Of a stretch of 64,000 nucleotides of DNA, positions 38,463 to 50,725 are shown one piece after another. Origin of the DNA: an uncultured delta proteobacterium (GTDB taxonomy: Bacteria; Desulfobacterota; Binatia; Binatales; Binataceae); contig CAWFAJ010000015.1 in assembly GCA_963813785.1 (NCBI GenBank), forward strand, positions 83,060-147,059, given 5' to 3'. The position numbers and the translations under genes were made by a program. The notes under the pieces were generated by a model. That model saw only the letters and a list, made by a program, of their open reading frames with translations. It did not search any database and had not been told where the DNA came from. Each line of letters begins with the position of its first letter. Position 1 is the first letter of the stretch.

Positions 38463-39248
38463 ATGGCGCTCAGACTCGAAAACAAAAACGCACTGGTCAC
38501 CGGCGGCGCCAGCGGAATCGGACGCGCGACCGCGATTCGATTCGCCCAGGAGGGCGCCAACGTCTTTGTCGCCGATCGCCATTTCGCCGCCGCCGAGGAA
38601 ACCGCCGCCGCCGTTAAAAAGCTCGGCCGCAGCTCGACCGCGTATCAGGTCGATACCAGCGACGAGGCCCAGGTCGATGCGATGGTCGCGCAGATGGTCA
38701 AGGACCTCGGCAGCGTGAACATCGTGGTCGCAGCCGCAGGAATTTCACACGCGCACTACGGTGAAGAAGGCCAGCCCGACATCGCCTTTCTCAGCAACAA
38801 GTCCTTTGCCAACTGGCGCAAGGTTCTCAGCGTCAACCTCGACGGCGTCTTCCTGACCGATCGCGCCTGCGCCGACGCGATGATCAAGGCGGGCAACGGC
38901 GGACGCATCATAAATATCGCCTCTGCCGCAGCGCGAATCCCGCTCCCGGGCGCCGGCGAGTATTCCGTCAGCAAGGCGGGCGTCTGGATGCTGACCCGGG
39001 TGCTTGCCACCGAACTGGCGCCGTTCAATATCACTGCCAACGCGATCGGACCCGGCTTCATCAAGACTCCCATGACCGCCGAGCTTCAGCAGCAGCCCGA
39101 CATTTCGCCGCTGATGCAGCGCGTGCCGATGAATCGGATGGGCGAGCCGGTCGATGTCGCCAACACCGCGCTGTTCCTCGCCGGCGAAGAGGGCCGCTAC
39201 TACACCGGATCGATTCTGCATCCCGACGGCGGAATCGTCATGCAGTGA
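38463..39248 (+). CDS. SDR-family oxidoreductase (FabG-like)
   Basis: TGGASGIGRA cofactor motif, NAAG, catalytic YxxxK (YSVSKAGVWM). Confidence 0.9.
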   Translation: MALRLENKNALVTGGASGIGRATAIRFAQEGANVFVADRHFAAAEETAAAVKKLGRSSTAYQVDTSDEAQVDAMVAQMVKDLGSVNIVVAAAGISHAHYGEEGQPDIAFLSNKSFANWRKVLSVNLDGVFLTDRACADAMIKAGNGGRIINIASAAARIPLPGAGEYSVSKAGVWMLTRVLATELAPFNITANAIGPGFIKTPMTAELQQQPDISPLMQRVPMNRMGEPVDVANTALFLAGEEGRYYTGSILHPDGGIVMQ

Positions 39249-39378
39249 CAAATGATTGGCCAACGACGTGACTCGTAACTATTTGATCGCGCAGAGGGTC
39301 GTTCTTTTTTTGTGTCATCCTGAGCGCAGCGAAGGAACCCGCCCCCGGGATTTTTCGCTGCAGCAACTTTCGCTCAGA

Positions 39379-39762
39379 ATGACAAAGTCGGCGCTCGCGG
39401 TTGCATTGCTGGTTCTCGCCGGATTCAGTTCTCCCGCGTTGGCGCAATACCAGAGCGCGACTGCGACGCCCACGCCCATGATGATGCCTGCGATTCCGCA
39501 GATTCAGCTTCTACCGGTGCCCGGATATGGGCCGGCGCCGCTGACCGTCGGCTTTATGCTATCGAGCGCCGACCCGGAAACCGTGCTCCAATCCTTTATA
39601 TGGAATTTCGGCGACGGACAGGTCTCGACGCTGCCGCCGACCGCGATGTTCCACATCTACACCAAGCCCGGCAGCTACGTGGTCACTGTTACTGCGACTA
39701 CGGCGGACGGCCATTCTGCGTCATCGTTAGCAGGCGTAGTCGTGACCCAGCCCGTGCACTAG
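39379..39762 (+). CDS. Secreted PKD-domain protein
   Basis: Signal peptide, then the PKD pattern (PLTVGFMLSSADPE...WNFGDGQVS...HIYTKPGSYVVTVTATTADGHSAS). Confidence 0.55.
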   Translation: MTKSALAVALLVLAGFSSPALAQYQSATATPTPMMMPAIPQIQLLPVPGYGPAPLTVGFMLSSADPETVLQSFIWNFGDGQVSTLPPTAMFHIYTKPGSYVVTVTATTADGHSASSLAGVVVTQPVH

Positions 39763-39794
39763 CTCCGCCGCGCGACGCGGAGTGCTGAAAAACG

Positions 39795-40481
39795 CTAGTC
39801 CTTCAGCATCTCGATCGTGCCCGTGTCGAGATCGTAGATGCCGCCGACAACCTTCAGCTCGCCCGATTTGACCATCGCCGACAGCGCCTGCGAAGCGGCA
39901 AGCTTATTCATCACCAGCTTCACATTCTCGCGCACCGCATTTTCGACCGGATCGCCCGGCATGCCACGGCTTGCGCGCACCGCGGGTTCCAACTCTCTGG
40001 CGATCTCGCGGATCTCTTCCCTATCTTTTTCATCAGCCTCAACCGCCGCAGTCACCGCGCCGCATCGGCTATGCCCCAGTACCATCACCAGCCGCGCGCC
40101 GAGATGCTTGACCGAGTAGCCAACGCTTTCGATCACCACCTGGTCGGCGACGTTGCCCGCCACCCGCACGGTGAATATATCGCCAAGTCCGCGGTCGAAG
40201 ATTATCTCGGGCGGTGTCCGCGAATCCGAGCATGCCAGCACCGCGGCGAACGGATGCTGTCCCTTGGCCACTTCGGTGCGCCGCGCCGGCGTCTGATTGG
40301 GATGCTCCAGTTTGCCGGCAACGAAACGCTGATTGCCCTCGAGCAGGAGCTTGAGCGCCTGCTCGGCATTGATCGCGGGCTCGTGGACCGCGGCTATCAC
40401 CGCGCGTGTCGTAGCGATCGACAGCGCGGCTATCGCCAGCACCATCAATATTCTCACCGAGATTTTCTTATGTCGAATCAC
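39795..40481 (-). CDS. Beta-class carbonic anhydrase (with signal peptide/TM anchor)
   Basis: Zinc ligand motifs CSDSR and HSRCGAV. Confidence 0.85.
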   Translation of the reverse strand: MIRHKKISVRILMVLAIAALSIATTRAVIAAVHEPAINAEQALKLLLEGNQRFVAGKLEHPNQTPARRTEVAKGQHPFAAVLACSDSRTPPEIIFDRGLGDIFTVRVAGNVADQVVIESVGYSVKHLGARLVMVLGHSRCGAVTAAVEADEKDREEIREIARELEPAVRASRGMPGDPVENAVRENVKLVMNKLAASQALSAMVKSGELKVVGGIYDLDTGTIEMLKD

Positions 40482-40568
40482 CGTCGCTTCTCCCTGTAGG
40501 TTTTGCGGTCACGCACATCTCGCGCATCGGCATTGACACCGCGCGGCTATTCGCCAGTATTGGTGGCG

Positions 40569-41108
40569 ATGCGACATAAATCCAGCACCAGCGTAATCTC
40601 CACACCCGTGACAAACCCGGTGAAGCGAATCCTGCTCGCGCACGCGCTCGGCGTCTTAGCGCTCATCGGCGCGGGATGCATGAACGATCAGAACGACGCC
40701 ACCAAGAAGTTGGTGCAACAGCAACAGGAGCAGCTCGAGCACCAGCAACAGGAGATCGAGAACCTCAAGGCGAATCAGAATCTAAGCTACACACCCGGCG
40801 TCACGGCTTCCTATCCGGGCGGATGCGACAAAGCCGTGGAGGCGACTGCCAACCAGCGCGGCGGCGACCGATTTGCCGCCGACGACTTCTCCAAGGCGCT
40901 CGCATACTACCAGGATGCGGTCTCGGCCTGCCCCACCGACGCCCGGGCCGAGGTTAACGTGGCGCGCACCTACGAGGCGCTCGGCAACAATGTCGCCGCC
41001 ATCAACCACTACCGAAAGGCCGCCGACATCCCCGGCCCCACCGTCAGCGACGCCTCGGAAGAGGCCAGGGCTGCGCTTGAACGAATGCAAGCCTCCCGCC
41101 TGCCCTGA
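40569..41108 (+). CDS. Lipoprotein with C-terminal TPR-like repeats
   Basis: Lipobox LIGAGC; Gln-rich coiled segment; TPR-like YYQDAVSACPTDARAEVNVARTYEALGNNVAAINHYRKA. Confidence 0.45.
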   Translation: MRHKSSTSVISTPVTNPVKRILLAHALGVLALIGAGCMNDQNDATKKLVQQQQEQLEHQQQEIENLKANQNLSYTPGVTASYPGGCDKAVEATANQRGGDRFAADDFSKALAYYQDAVSACPTDARAEVNVARTYEALGNNVAAINHYRKAADIPGPTVSDASEEARAALERMQASRLP

Positions 41109-41207
41109 CCGCCAGCGCTCGCGCCGGCGCCGTCGCGGCTTAGGTTGGCTCTGCCTGTCCCGCTCGGTAGTCTCGATAGTGGAGTGACGCGCGTCGCTCC
41201 CCCTTCC

Positions 41208-42224
41208 ATGGATGACGGCAACATTGAATCTTCCGGCGTGACCACCAACACGCGCCCCCGCCGAGTCGCAATTCTCACCGCCGGCGGCGACGCCCCCGGA
41301 ATGAACGCCGCCATTCGCGCCGTGGTCCGCACTGCGACGGTTGCCGGAATCGAGGTGATCGGCTTCAGACGCGGCTACGAGGGCCTCATTCGCGACTTGG
41401 CCGAGCCGCTTAGCACTCGTTCCGTCGCCAACATGATCCAGCGCGGCGGGACCTTCCTGGAGACCTCGCGCTCGGTCGAGTTCCGCACCCCCGCTGCCCG
41501 AGCGCTGGCAGCCCGCAACTTGAAACGTCACCAAATCGAGGCGCTCATCGTCGTCGGTGGCGAGGGCTCGATGATCGGCGCGACGATCTTCGGCGGCGAG
41601 ACTGGCATTCCGGTCTTCGTCATCCCGGCCTCGATCGACAACGACATCCCCGGCACCGACTACTCGATCGGGTTCGACACCGCGGTTAACACCGCGCTCG
41701 ATGCGATCGATCGCATTCGGGACACCGCATTCGCCTACGAACGCGTCTTTTGTGTCGAGGTGATGGGTCGGGACTCGGGTTTTATCGCAGTCGCGGTCGG
41801 TCTCGGCGGTGGCGCCGAGGCAGTCATCGTCCCGGAGATCCCGTTCACCCTCGACGAAATCTGCGATCGTGTCGAAGACAGCCATCGCCGCGGCAAACGC
41901 GCGACCATCGTCGTGGTCTCGGAGGGACCGCGCACCGGAGGCGTCATCCCGATCGCCGAGGCTCTTACCGCCAGGCTGCACGTGCAGGCGCGCGTGGTCG
42001 TTATCGGCCACGTCCAGCGTGGCGGAGCGCCCACGGCCAGGGACCGGTTGCTGGCGAGCCGGATGGGAGCCGGCGCCATCAGGGCCATCCTCGACGGCGT
42101 CGCGCCTTCACTGATCGGCGAAGAGCGGGGCGCGATCGTTTGCGTTCCGCTGAGCGACGCGGTTAATCGGCGCCGTCCGCTGGACCCGTCGCTGATCGAA
42201 CTGGTCCATCAGCTCTCCACCTGA
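41208..42224 (+). CDS. pfkA: ATP-dependent 6-phosphofructokinase
   Basis: RVAILTAGGDAPGMNAAIRAVV, GGEGSM and PASIDNDIPGTDYSIGFDTA motifs. Confidence 0.85.
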   Translation: MDDGNIESSGVTTNTRPRRVAILTAGGDAPGMNAAIRAVVRTATVAGIEVIGFRRGYEGLIRDLAEPLSTRSVANMIQRGGTFLETSRSVEFRTPAARALAARNLKRHQIEALIVVGGEGSMIGATIFGGETGIPVFVIPASIDNDIPGTDYSIGFDTAVNTALDAIDRIRDTAFAYERVFCVEVMGRDSGFIAVAVGLGGGAEAVIVPEIPFTLDEICDRVEDSHRRGKRATIVVVSEGPRTGGVIPIAEALTARLHVQARVVVIGHVQRGGAPTARDRLLASRMGAGAIRAILDGVAPSLIGEERGAIVCVPLSDAVNRRRPLDPSLIELVHQLST

Positions 42225-42399
42225 CGCCCCCGTTTCTCCACTACCAGCGCCGTCATCCGAGGATGACACAAAACTGGTTCTGACAGGCCGTCAGGCCGCA
42301 TCTTTCTCTTAACATTGGGTGCAGGCGCCAGCTCTGCTCGCCATCGCGCCGCAATAGTGCGATAAATCACAGCGAAACCCCCGGGAGGAAATTTCCACT

Positions 42400-43176
42400 T
42401 TGAACAATCCATTCAGTGTCGAAGGCAAAGTTACAATCGTGACCGGTGGCGGGACCGGAATCGGCGAGTCGATCGCCAGGGAGTTCGCGCTGCGCGGTGC
42501 GCCGGTGCTGATCGCCAGCCGCAAGCTCGAAAACCTCGAGCGCGTGCGCGACGAAATTCGCAAGGCCGGCGGAAAATGCGAGATGACTCAGGTTGACGTC
42601 CGCGACGCCGAGCAATGCGACAAGATGGTGGCGGAGGCGGTCAAGCAGTTCGGCCGCCTCGACGTGCTGATTAACAATCACGGCGCCAGTATCGCTGCGC
42701 CGTCGTTGAATCTCTCGCCCAACGGATGGCGCGCGGTGGTCGGAATCAATCTCGATGGCGTGTTCTTCTGCTCCAAGGCGGCGGCCCGCCAATTCATCGA
42801 GCAGAAAAGCCCCGGCTCGATCGTCAATATCTCCTCGACCGCGGGCGTGCATGGTTCGCCCTTCATGCTTCCGTACGGCGCGTCCAAAGCCGGCGTCATC
42901 AACCTGACCGTTTCTCAGGCAGGTGAATGGGGCGCGATGGGCATTCGCGTCAACTGCATCGCGCCCGGCCCGATCGACACCGAAGGCGCGGCGCCGCGCG
43001 TATGGCCAAATCCGAAGGTCAAGGAGATGGTGGCGCGATCGCGCGCGTTGCAGCGCTTCGGCCGCGTCGAAGAAATCGCCTACCCGTGCATCTTCCTTGC
43101 GTCGGACGCGTCGAGCTACGTTACCGGCGCGCTGCTGATTATCGACGGCGGCGAAGGCATGCGAATTTCCGAGTGA
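42400..43176 (+). CDS. SDR-family oxidoreductase
   Basis: TGGGTGIGES, NNHGAS, YGASKAGV catalytic region. Confidence 0.85.
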   Translation: MNNPFSVEGKVTIVTGGGTGIGESIAREFALRGAPVLIASRKLENLERVRDEIRKAGGKCEMTQVDVRDAEQCDKMVAEAVKQFGRLDVLINNHGASIAAPSLNLSPNGWRAVVGINLDGVFFCSKAAARQFIEQKSPGSIVNISSTAGVHGSPFMLPYGASKAGVINLTVSQAGEWGAMGIRVNCIAPGPIDTEGAAPRVWPNPKVKEMVARSRALQRFGRVEEIAYPCIFLASDASSYVTGALLIIDGGEGMRISE

Positions 43177-43240
43177 GTGGACAAACCGATCGAGCATCGC
43201 TAAGTAATTCCTTCGACCCTGTCGAGAGAGGATCAATCGT

Positions 43241-43699
43241 ATGGCTGATAAGAGCGCCGTCGGGAAAACCGGCAAACCATTCAAGATGCACGTCGATTGG
43301 AGCAAGGTTCGCGAGTTCGCCCGCGCAATCAAAGACCCCAATCCGCTCTACTTCGACCCGGAATTGGCGAAGAAGGAAATGGGCGGAATCCCCGTACCGG
43401 TCACGTTTCTGCAGACCAGCGCGTTTTGGACCGACGAGACCTCCAGCCCCGGCTTCGGCGGCTTCGACTTGCGCCGTATCCTGCACGGCGAGCAGGAGTT
43501 CGAATTCTTCAAGCCGATCTTTGTCGGCGACACGCTCACGGGCCTGACCAAAGTCGCCGACGTGCTCGAGAAGGAAGGCGGTCGCGGCGGCAAGATGACG
43601 CTGCTGATCACGGAAACCGAGTACACCAACCAGAAGGGCGAGAAAGTCGCCATTGCGCGCTCGACGCTGATCGAGACCGGACAAGCGGTCAAAGCGTAA
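43241..43699 (+). CDS. Hotdog-fold protein (MaoC_dehydrat_N / HadA-like, non-catalytic partner)
   Basis: FAS1-like dehydratase N-terminal pattern (FARAIKDPNPLYFDPELAKK...LHGEQEFEFFKPIFVGDTL). Confidence 0.7.
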   Translation: MADKSAVGKTGKPFKMHVDWSKVREFARAIKDPNPLYFDPELAKKEMGGIPVPVTFLQTSAFWTDETSSPGFGGFDLRRILHGEQEFEFFKPIFVGDTLTGLTKVADVLEKEGGRGGKMTLLITETEYTNQKGEKVAIARSTLIETGQAVKA

Positions 43700-43739
43700 T
43701 CGGCCCACCCGCGCGAAACGATTCAATCGGAAGATAAAA

Positions 43740-44159
43740 ATGGCAAAACTGAAATTCGATTCGATCAAAGTCGGCGACGAAATTCCAAAAATCGAGATCA
43801 AAGGCGTGACCCGTCCCGATTTCGTCCGCTATGCGGGCGCGTCGGGCGACTTCGTCCCACTGCATTACGATCAGACTTTCGTCGAGGCGGCCGGAATCCC
43901 GACCGTTTTCGCGCAGGGGATGTTCACCGCGGGCCTGCTCTCGAAGGCCGTCACCGATTACGTCGGCGTCGGCAACGTGCGCCGCTTCCAGGTGCGCTTC
44001 GCCACGCGCGTATGGCCCGGTGACGCCGTCACCTGCACGGGCAAAGTTACCAACAAGGTCGAGAAGGACGGCGAGAAGCAGATCGAGGGCGAGTTGATAG
44101 TGCTCAATCAAAAGGGCGAGCCCGCGATTCGTGGCAGCTTCCGCGCCGCCTGCGCATAA
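43740..44159 (+). CDS. MaoC-family (R)-specific enoyl-CoA hydratase / dehydratase (HadB-like catalytic partner)
   Basis: Hydratase motif region FVRYAGASGDFVPLHYD...GIPTVFAQGMFTAGLL. Confidence 0.8.
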   Translation: MAKLKFDSIKVGDEIPKIEIKGVTRPDFVRYAGASGDFVPLHYDQTFVEAAGIPTVFAQGMFTAGLLSKAVTDYVGVGNVRRFQVRFATRVWPGDAVTCTGKVTNKVEKDGEKQIEGELIVLNQKGEPAIRGSFRAACA

Positions 44160-44204
44160 GCGCAGCATCCCGGTCACAGAGCAAACGAAAGCGTGAATCG
44201 CATG

Positions 44205-44233
44205 GGCGAGCCCCTGCGGTGCACGGGCTCGCC
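44205..44233 (+). terminator. Hairpin terminator after the hotdog gene pair
   Basis: ggcgagccc-N11-gggctcgcc stem. Confidence 0.5.
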
Positions 44234-44397
44234 CTGCCTGTGGACGGAATTGTTCAAGGATTGTGGATAGTTAGCGCTTAAATTGGCTCTTTCGCTTGAT
44301 AAGTTGCGCAGAATCCGGCAAAGAAGACGGATAAGTTTTACCCTGGGTTTGGGGGTGGGCTTTCGCCCTTTGGCCCGGAGGCGCAACATAGTATTCG

Positions 44398-45852
44398 ATG
44401 AGTGATCACCGGTACGTCATAATCCACGGCCATTTTTATCAGCCGCCGCGCGAGAGCCCGTGGACCGGTTTGATCAGTCCTGAGAATGGCGCCGCCCCGT
44501 TTGCGAACTGGAACGAGCGAATTCTCAGCGAATGTTACACCGCCAACGCTCATGCTCACACGATGCAAGGGCCAGTCGTTCACGTTCGCAATAATTACGA
44601 GTCGCTGAGCTTCGATGTCGGCCCGACGCTGGCAGGATGGCTGCAGACGCACGGCAAGGCGGCGTATCGCGCGATGATCCGCGGCGACGCCTTGTATGCC
44701 AACGCGCACGGCGGCCACGGCAACGCCATTGCGCAGTCGTACAGTCACTCGATACTACCGCTGTTGCCGCCGCGCGATCGCGAGCTGCAGATCGCATGGG
44801 GTATCGACGATTTCGTTTTCCGATTCGGCCGCAAGCCCGCCGGGATGTGGATCCCCGAGTGCGCCGCCGACGACGACACGCTTGAGTCGATCGCGGCGGC
44901 CGGGATCGGGTTCGTCATTCTCGGGTCGGATCAGGGAAAGTTCAGCGGCCCGGGCGCCGAGTCGCGCAACGCCGGGCCGTTCCAATGGCGCCGGGGCGAT
45001 TTGAGCCTGGCCGTGTTCCGCTTCGACCGTGAATTATCCACGACCGTCTCTTTTGGCGATGGGTTGGCCGACGGCGCCCGGCTGGCGGACTGGATTGCCG
45101 ACACCGCGCTCAAGCTGAAGCCCGGCGCCGCGCTGATGTTGGCGACCGACGGCGAAACGTTTGGGCATCATAATAAACACGGCGCCGCCGAACTGGCGCG
45201 CGCCCTGATGGCGCTGGAGCGCCGCGACGACCTGATCCTTGCCAATTGCGCGGACTACCTGGCGGCGCATCCGGCGGCGGGATCGTTCGAGCTTGCGTCC
45301 GCCACTTCATGGAGTTGTCCGCACGGCGTCGAACGGTGGCGCTCGAACTGCGGATGCCGCCATGATCCGAACACCTCGCAGGAATGGCGCGGGCCGTTTC
45401 GCGCCGCGATGGATTTCGTGAAAAACCATGCCGAGGCGACTTACGACCGCTTCGCCCCGGCGATTGTGAAAGAGCCCGGCGCGATCCTGCGCGACGCAAT
45501 CCGTTTGCTGATCGATCCGAATCCCGCCGTCCACGAAGAGTTCTTCAAGCGATTCAGGGTTGCCGACGAAGGCAATCGCGAAACGCTGCTGCGGATGTTC
45601 GAGATGGTTCGCGCGGGGCAGGCGGCGCTTACCAGCTGCGGGTGGTTCTTCGATGATTTCGGAGGCCTGGAGGGGCGCGTGGTGCTCAGATGGGCGGCGC
45701 GCGCGGTCGAACTCGCGGCCGAGCACTCGGCGAGCATCGAAAACGAACTGCTCGAGCGGCTGCGCGGAATCAATTCGAACCGGCGCGAGAATGGCGACGC
45801 CGCGACCCTGTACTTAAGCTTGAAAACGCGCGAAGCTCGCGGTCGCGTGTGA
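44398..45852 (+). CDS. DUF3536 / GH57-like family protein
   Basis: N-terminal YVIIHGHFYQPPRE resembles the GH57/DUF3536 (beta/alpha)7-barrel start; remainder helical; assignment tentative. Confidence 0.45.
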   Translation: MSDHRYVIIHGHFYQPPRESPWTGLISPENGAAPFANWNERILSECYTANAHAHTMQGPVVHVRNNYESLSFDVGPTLAGWLQTHGKAAYRAMIRGDALYANAHGGHGNAIAQSYSHSILPLLPPRDRELQIAWGIDDFVFRFGRKPAGMWIPECAADDDTLESIAAAGIGFVILGSDQGKFSGPGAESRNAGPFQWRRGDLSLAVFRFDRELSTTVSFGDGLADGARLADWIADTALKLKPGAALMLATDGETFGHHNKHGAAELARALMALERRDDLILANCADYLAAHPAAGSFELASATSWSCPHGVERWRSNCGCRHDPNTSQEWRGPFRAAMDFVKNHAEATYDRFAPAIVKEPGAILRDAIRLLIDPNPAVHEEFFKRFRVADEGNRETLLRMFEMVRAGQAALTSCGWFFDDFGGLEGRVVLRWAARAVELAAEHSASIENELLERLRGINSNRRENGDAATLYLSLKTREARGRV

Positions 45853-45883
45853 CCTCCAAGCTTAATCGACAGGTGCTCGTGCG

Positions 45884-47842
<1,959 letters not shown>

Positions 47843-47933
47843 GCAGGGTCACAAGACGGCCGCCCCTTCTCCTAAACCTGTCTAACAGGGCCCTTCGAGT
47901 ACTCAGGGTAAACTCCGCCCGCAACTTTTCTTA

Positions 47934-48010
47934 ATGCTAGGGCGCAGCGGTCACCCCTGCAAACCCACGGTGGGTTTCATTTTTCACTGCTTCCTTGGGC
48001 AGCGGCTCCG
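47934..48010. repeat. Mosaic palindromic repeat, short copy upstream of dodecin
   Basis: Contains the aaacccacggtgggttt hairpin module and a gcagcggtcacccctgc module shared with 2601-2840 and 54120-54370. Confidence 0.55.
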
Positions 48011-48137
48011 GGCAGCGCGAAAATGTGTGCATGGCGCCGCGTTTGCCTGCCGGCAGATATTCGGAGTAGAGCAGCAAGAGAGCCAAACGGCCGGCGCGTC
48101 ACATATGGGCGATGCGCATCACACAAAGGAGAGTCTG

Positions 48138-48359
48138 ATGCCGGATAAGACGTACAAGATAATCGAGGTTGTGGGGCTGTCGGACGAGAGCATCCAGCAG
48201 GCGGTGCGCAACGCAATAATCAAGGCCCGCCGGACTATACGGAATATCGACTGGTTCGAGGTCAATCATATTCGCGGTTCGGTGAACAAGGCAGGCGCTC
48301 CGACTTTTCAGGTGGAAGTGCGGATCGGATTCCGGCTGGAAAGCGAGGCCGCGGGTTGA
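48138..48359 (+). CDS. Dodecin (flavin-binding) family protein
   Basis: MPDKTYKIIEVVGLSDES...RNIDWFEVNHIRGSVNKAGAPTFQVEVRIGFRLE matches the dodecin consensus (compare mycobacterial HTYRVIEIVGTS...WFEV.SIRGH...FQV...VGFRLE); AAGGAG RBS. Confidence 0.85.
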   Translation: MPDKTYKIIEVVGLSDESIQQAVRNAIIKARRTIRNIDWFEVNHIRGSVNKAGAPTFQVEVRIGFRLESEAAG

Positions 48360-48471
48360 TAAGGCCGCTCGGGAAAGGGGTTGATTACATTCTCCGGCGG
48401 CTTAATCGTTTGTGGCAGTGCAGTTTCTCTTAACCAGCGTGGGAAATACGATCGGAACCGCGGTTGGAAGA

Positions 48472-48675
48472 CGATTGCGCGCGCACGTCGTCAAGGAAAT
48501 CGGCGCGCTGGCGCGGCCAGACGCCGTCCGCTTCACCGAGGCGCTGCCGAAAACGCGCAGCCGCGAGATCATGCGGCGGCTGCTGCGGCAAATCGCGTCG
48601 GGCGATGAGACGCTTGGCGACACGACGACGCTCGAGGATCTGTCGGTGCCCGCCAAGCTGCGCGACGATGACTGA
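48472..48675 (+). pseudogene. Degenerate duplicate of the last ~65 codons of acs
   Basis: About 90% nucleotide identity to 47627-47842 ([17 protein letters not shown]...PKTRS[RE][27 protein letters not shown]); the catalytic Lys is replaced (SGKIM -> SREIM) and there is no upstream acs body. Confidence 0.7.
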
Positions 48676-48800
48676 GCAGGGGTGACCCCTGCACCCAATA
48701 TTAAGGCCGCCCGCCGTTGGCGGGCGCGGCCCCTGCCAGCCGCTTAATACTGCGCTGCCGTCGCCACGGCCAGGGGTGACCCCGGCACCCGATGCTAAGT
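48676..48800. repeat. Mosaic palindromic repeat, copy downstream of the acs fragment
   Basis: gcaggggtgacccctgc and ggccgcccgccgttggcgggcgcggcc hairpin modules plus the ttaatactgcgctgcc module shared with copy 1. Confidence 0.6.
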
Positions 48801-49136
48801 ACAGGTGCGGGCGGAGAGCATGCTGTCTGACAGCCAGGGCTAGGAAACCGATTTACCAACCTTCGAGGATCTTTCTGTTAACCAGATCGGGGATGACGGG
48901 AGTGATCGAGAACTGGAGGTTCATTTGGCTCAAAGTCTGCGAGCCCGGGCCACCGACCGAGAACCATTGCTGCGGAAATACTCCAGCCAGCCACTTACCA
49001 CCCAGGTACCCGAATACGCCGGCTGGTCCTAGCTGCCACTTGTTCTGCCCGTTAGTCGAGTTGCTTGCTGGAAGATCATGGGGTTCCTTCTGGTTGCGCT
49101 CTTTTCAGCATGCTATCGAGAGCGGTATTCATCGCC

Positions 49137-50265
49137 CTAACCAAAAGCAAGGGCCAGACTGAACATCAATTGCCGGCCCGACGGGGTGGCATGCGCGTCG
49201 AACTCTTCATAGTAGCGCAGCGAGAAGAGCCCGTACTTCGTCAATAGATTGATTGAAGGTCCCGCCGAATAGATCTGTGAGCGCGTATGCTCCAGCGTAT
49301 TGATAGCTGAGGCAGCGGTTTTGTTTGTGGGAGCTATGCTTATCTGGTTGTTGGTCACCTGCCACTGGGCATAGCCTACCGCGCCCAAGATAAGCTGCTG
49401 GAAAATGCGGTTGTTCAAGTTGAGGGTCTTTCCTGCACCCCACTCGAACGGGACGACGTCGCCGAGCGTATAGTGTCCGCCTATTTGCGAACCGTACAGC
49501 AGGTAATGAGTATAGATGGAGAGCGACCAGGTTCGATCGGCGTCGGCGTACGCGATACCTCCAAGGCCGAAGGCGCCCGTCCAGTGGCCAAAGCCAATGT
49601 TAACCGCCGCTTTCGAGTTGTACGGTCCTGAAGGCGCGAAGAAACCCGAGGAGACGACTGGCGTCCAGCTGGCGAAAGTGCCAGCCGAAATCTACCGGCT
49701 CCACGTAAATATCGCCGATACTGCCCTTCGTTACCCCGGCGGAAGTTTGTTGCGATGGCCCCGATGACGAGACGCGATTCAGACTCAGGTTGGGTTCCAG
49801 GCTCGCAGTACCACTCGCATCCGCGATTGCAAACGGCACATCGATAAACAATCCATAGTTCGCGCCCAGGACCTTATAGGGCGAGGTCCAGCCGATAATG
49901 TTCTGATCAACGAATTCGTCGAGACTGCCGCTGACATTAAGGTTGAGACTCGTAGAAAACCCGGACGTGCTCTTCGGTAACCCGATTGTTTCGAAATCGC
50001 TGCTTGAGGCGTGATAGTACGACCAGACATTTGAATAGAAAATGCCTTCCGGCGCCTGCTGCGCACTCAGCAAGCCGTCCGTTCCCATCAGCCAGTCGCC
50101 GTGCTGCGCGCGCGCCGGCGTTGCGAAAAGAATCAAAAGAGCGAGACAGCCCAAGCAGACGCGCACCGAAAGGTAGAACGCTCCAAGCCCTCGAGGCCAA
50201 ACCGTTCGGGCGCTCGTGGCTCGACTGCTCACGGTCCGATGACGGATGCGAATTCTCGAAAACAC
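49137..50265 (-). pseudogene. Outer-membrane beta-barrel channel (PF13557 / MetA-pathway-like transporter family) with a single frameshift near 49668
   Basis: Signal peptide (CLALLILFATPARAQ) and alternating beta-strand pattern continue across a frame change at a T-run (...DFGWHF | ASWTPVVSSGFFAPSGPYNS...); C-terminal aromatic-rich strands; paralogous to 51878-52726. Confidence 0.6.
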
Positions 50266-50725
50266 TCGTGGATGTCCTCCCCGCGGATTTGGTTTGAGTT
50301 GTTATTATCGAGAGGCGGCAACAGCCGTGCCAGAACGCGCAGAAGCGGTGACCAATTTCGAAAATATTCCTCTCATATCTGTCGGACCAAGGATATAAGG
50401 CTGTTTTCGACGAGTGTAATCCGGATAGCCAAAAAGTCAAAATGCTAGCGTCAAACAGTTGTCAGCGCTGACGTGCTGGCACATCCTTACGTCGGCACGA
50501 AACCGTCACTTCTCTACTTTCGGCCGACAAAGCTTTGTCGTTTCTACTCGTTGCCAGCAAGGCTTTAGCTCAAGGGAATCTATTCCTTGCTTTGCTCTTC
50601 GTAATTCGCATCCGGCCTGGATTCGGAAACGGCATTCTTCTTGCTCGCCTCTAATCGCATCGTCAGAGCATTTTCAAAGTCAACGCGGGTTAACCACACC
50701 AATCAACCGCAGAAAGGATGAACCA

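Noticed and set aside
47843-48137. Possible FMN riboswitch upstream of the flavin-binding dodecin gene
   Set aside because: Only a vague resemblance (cagggtaaactccgcccgc versus the RFN core cagggtgaaattcccgaccggcgg); the other conserved RFN segments are missing, and most of the region is explained by the palindromic repeat. An Rfam scan would be needed.
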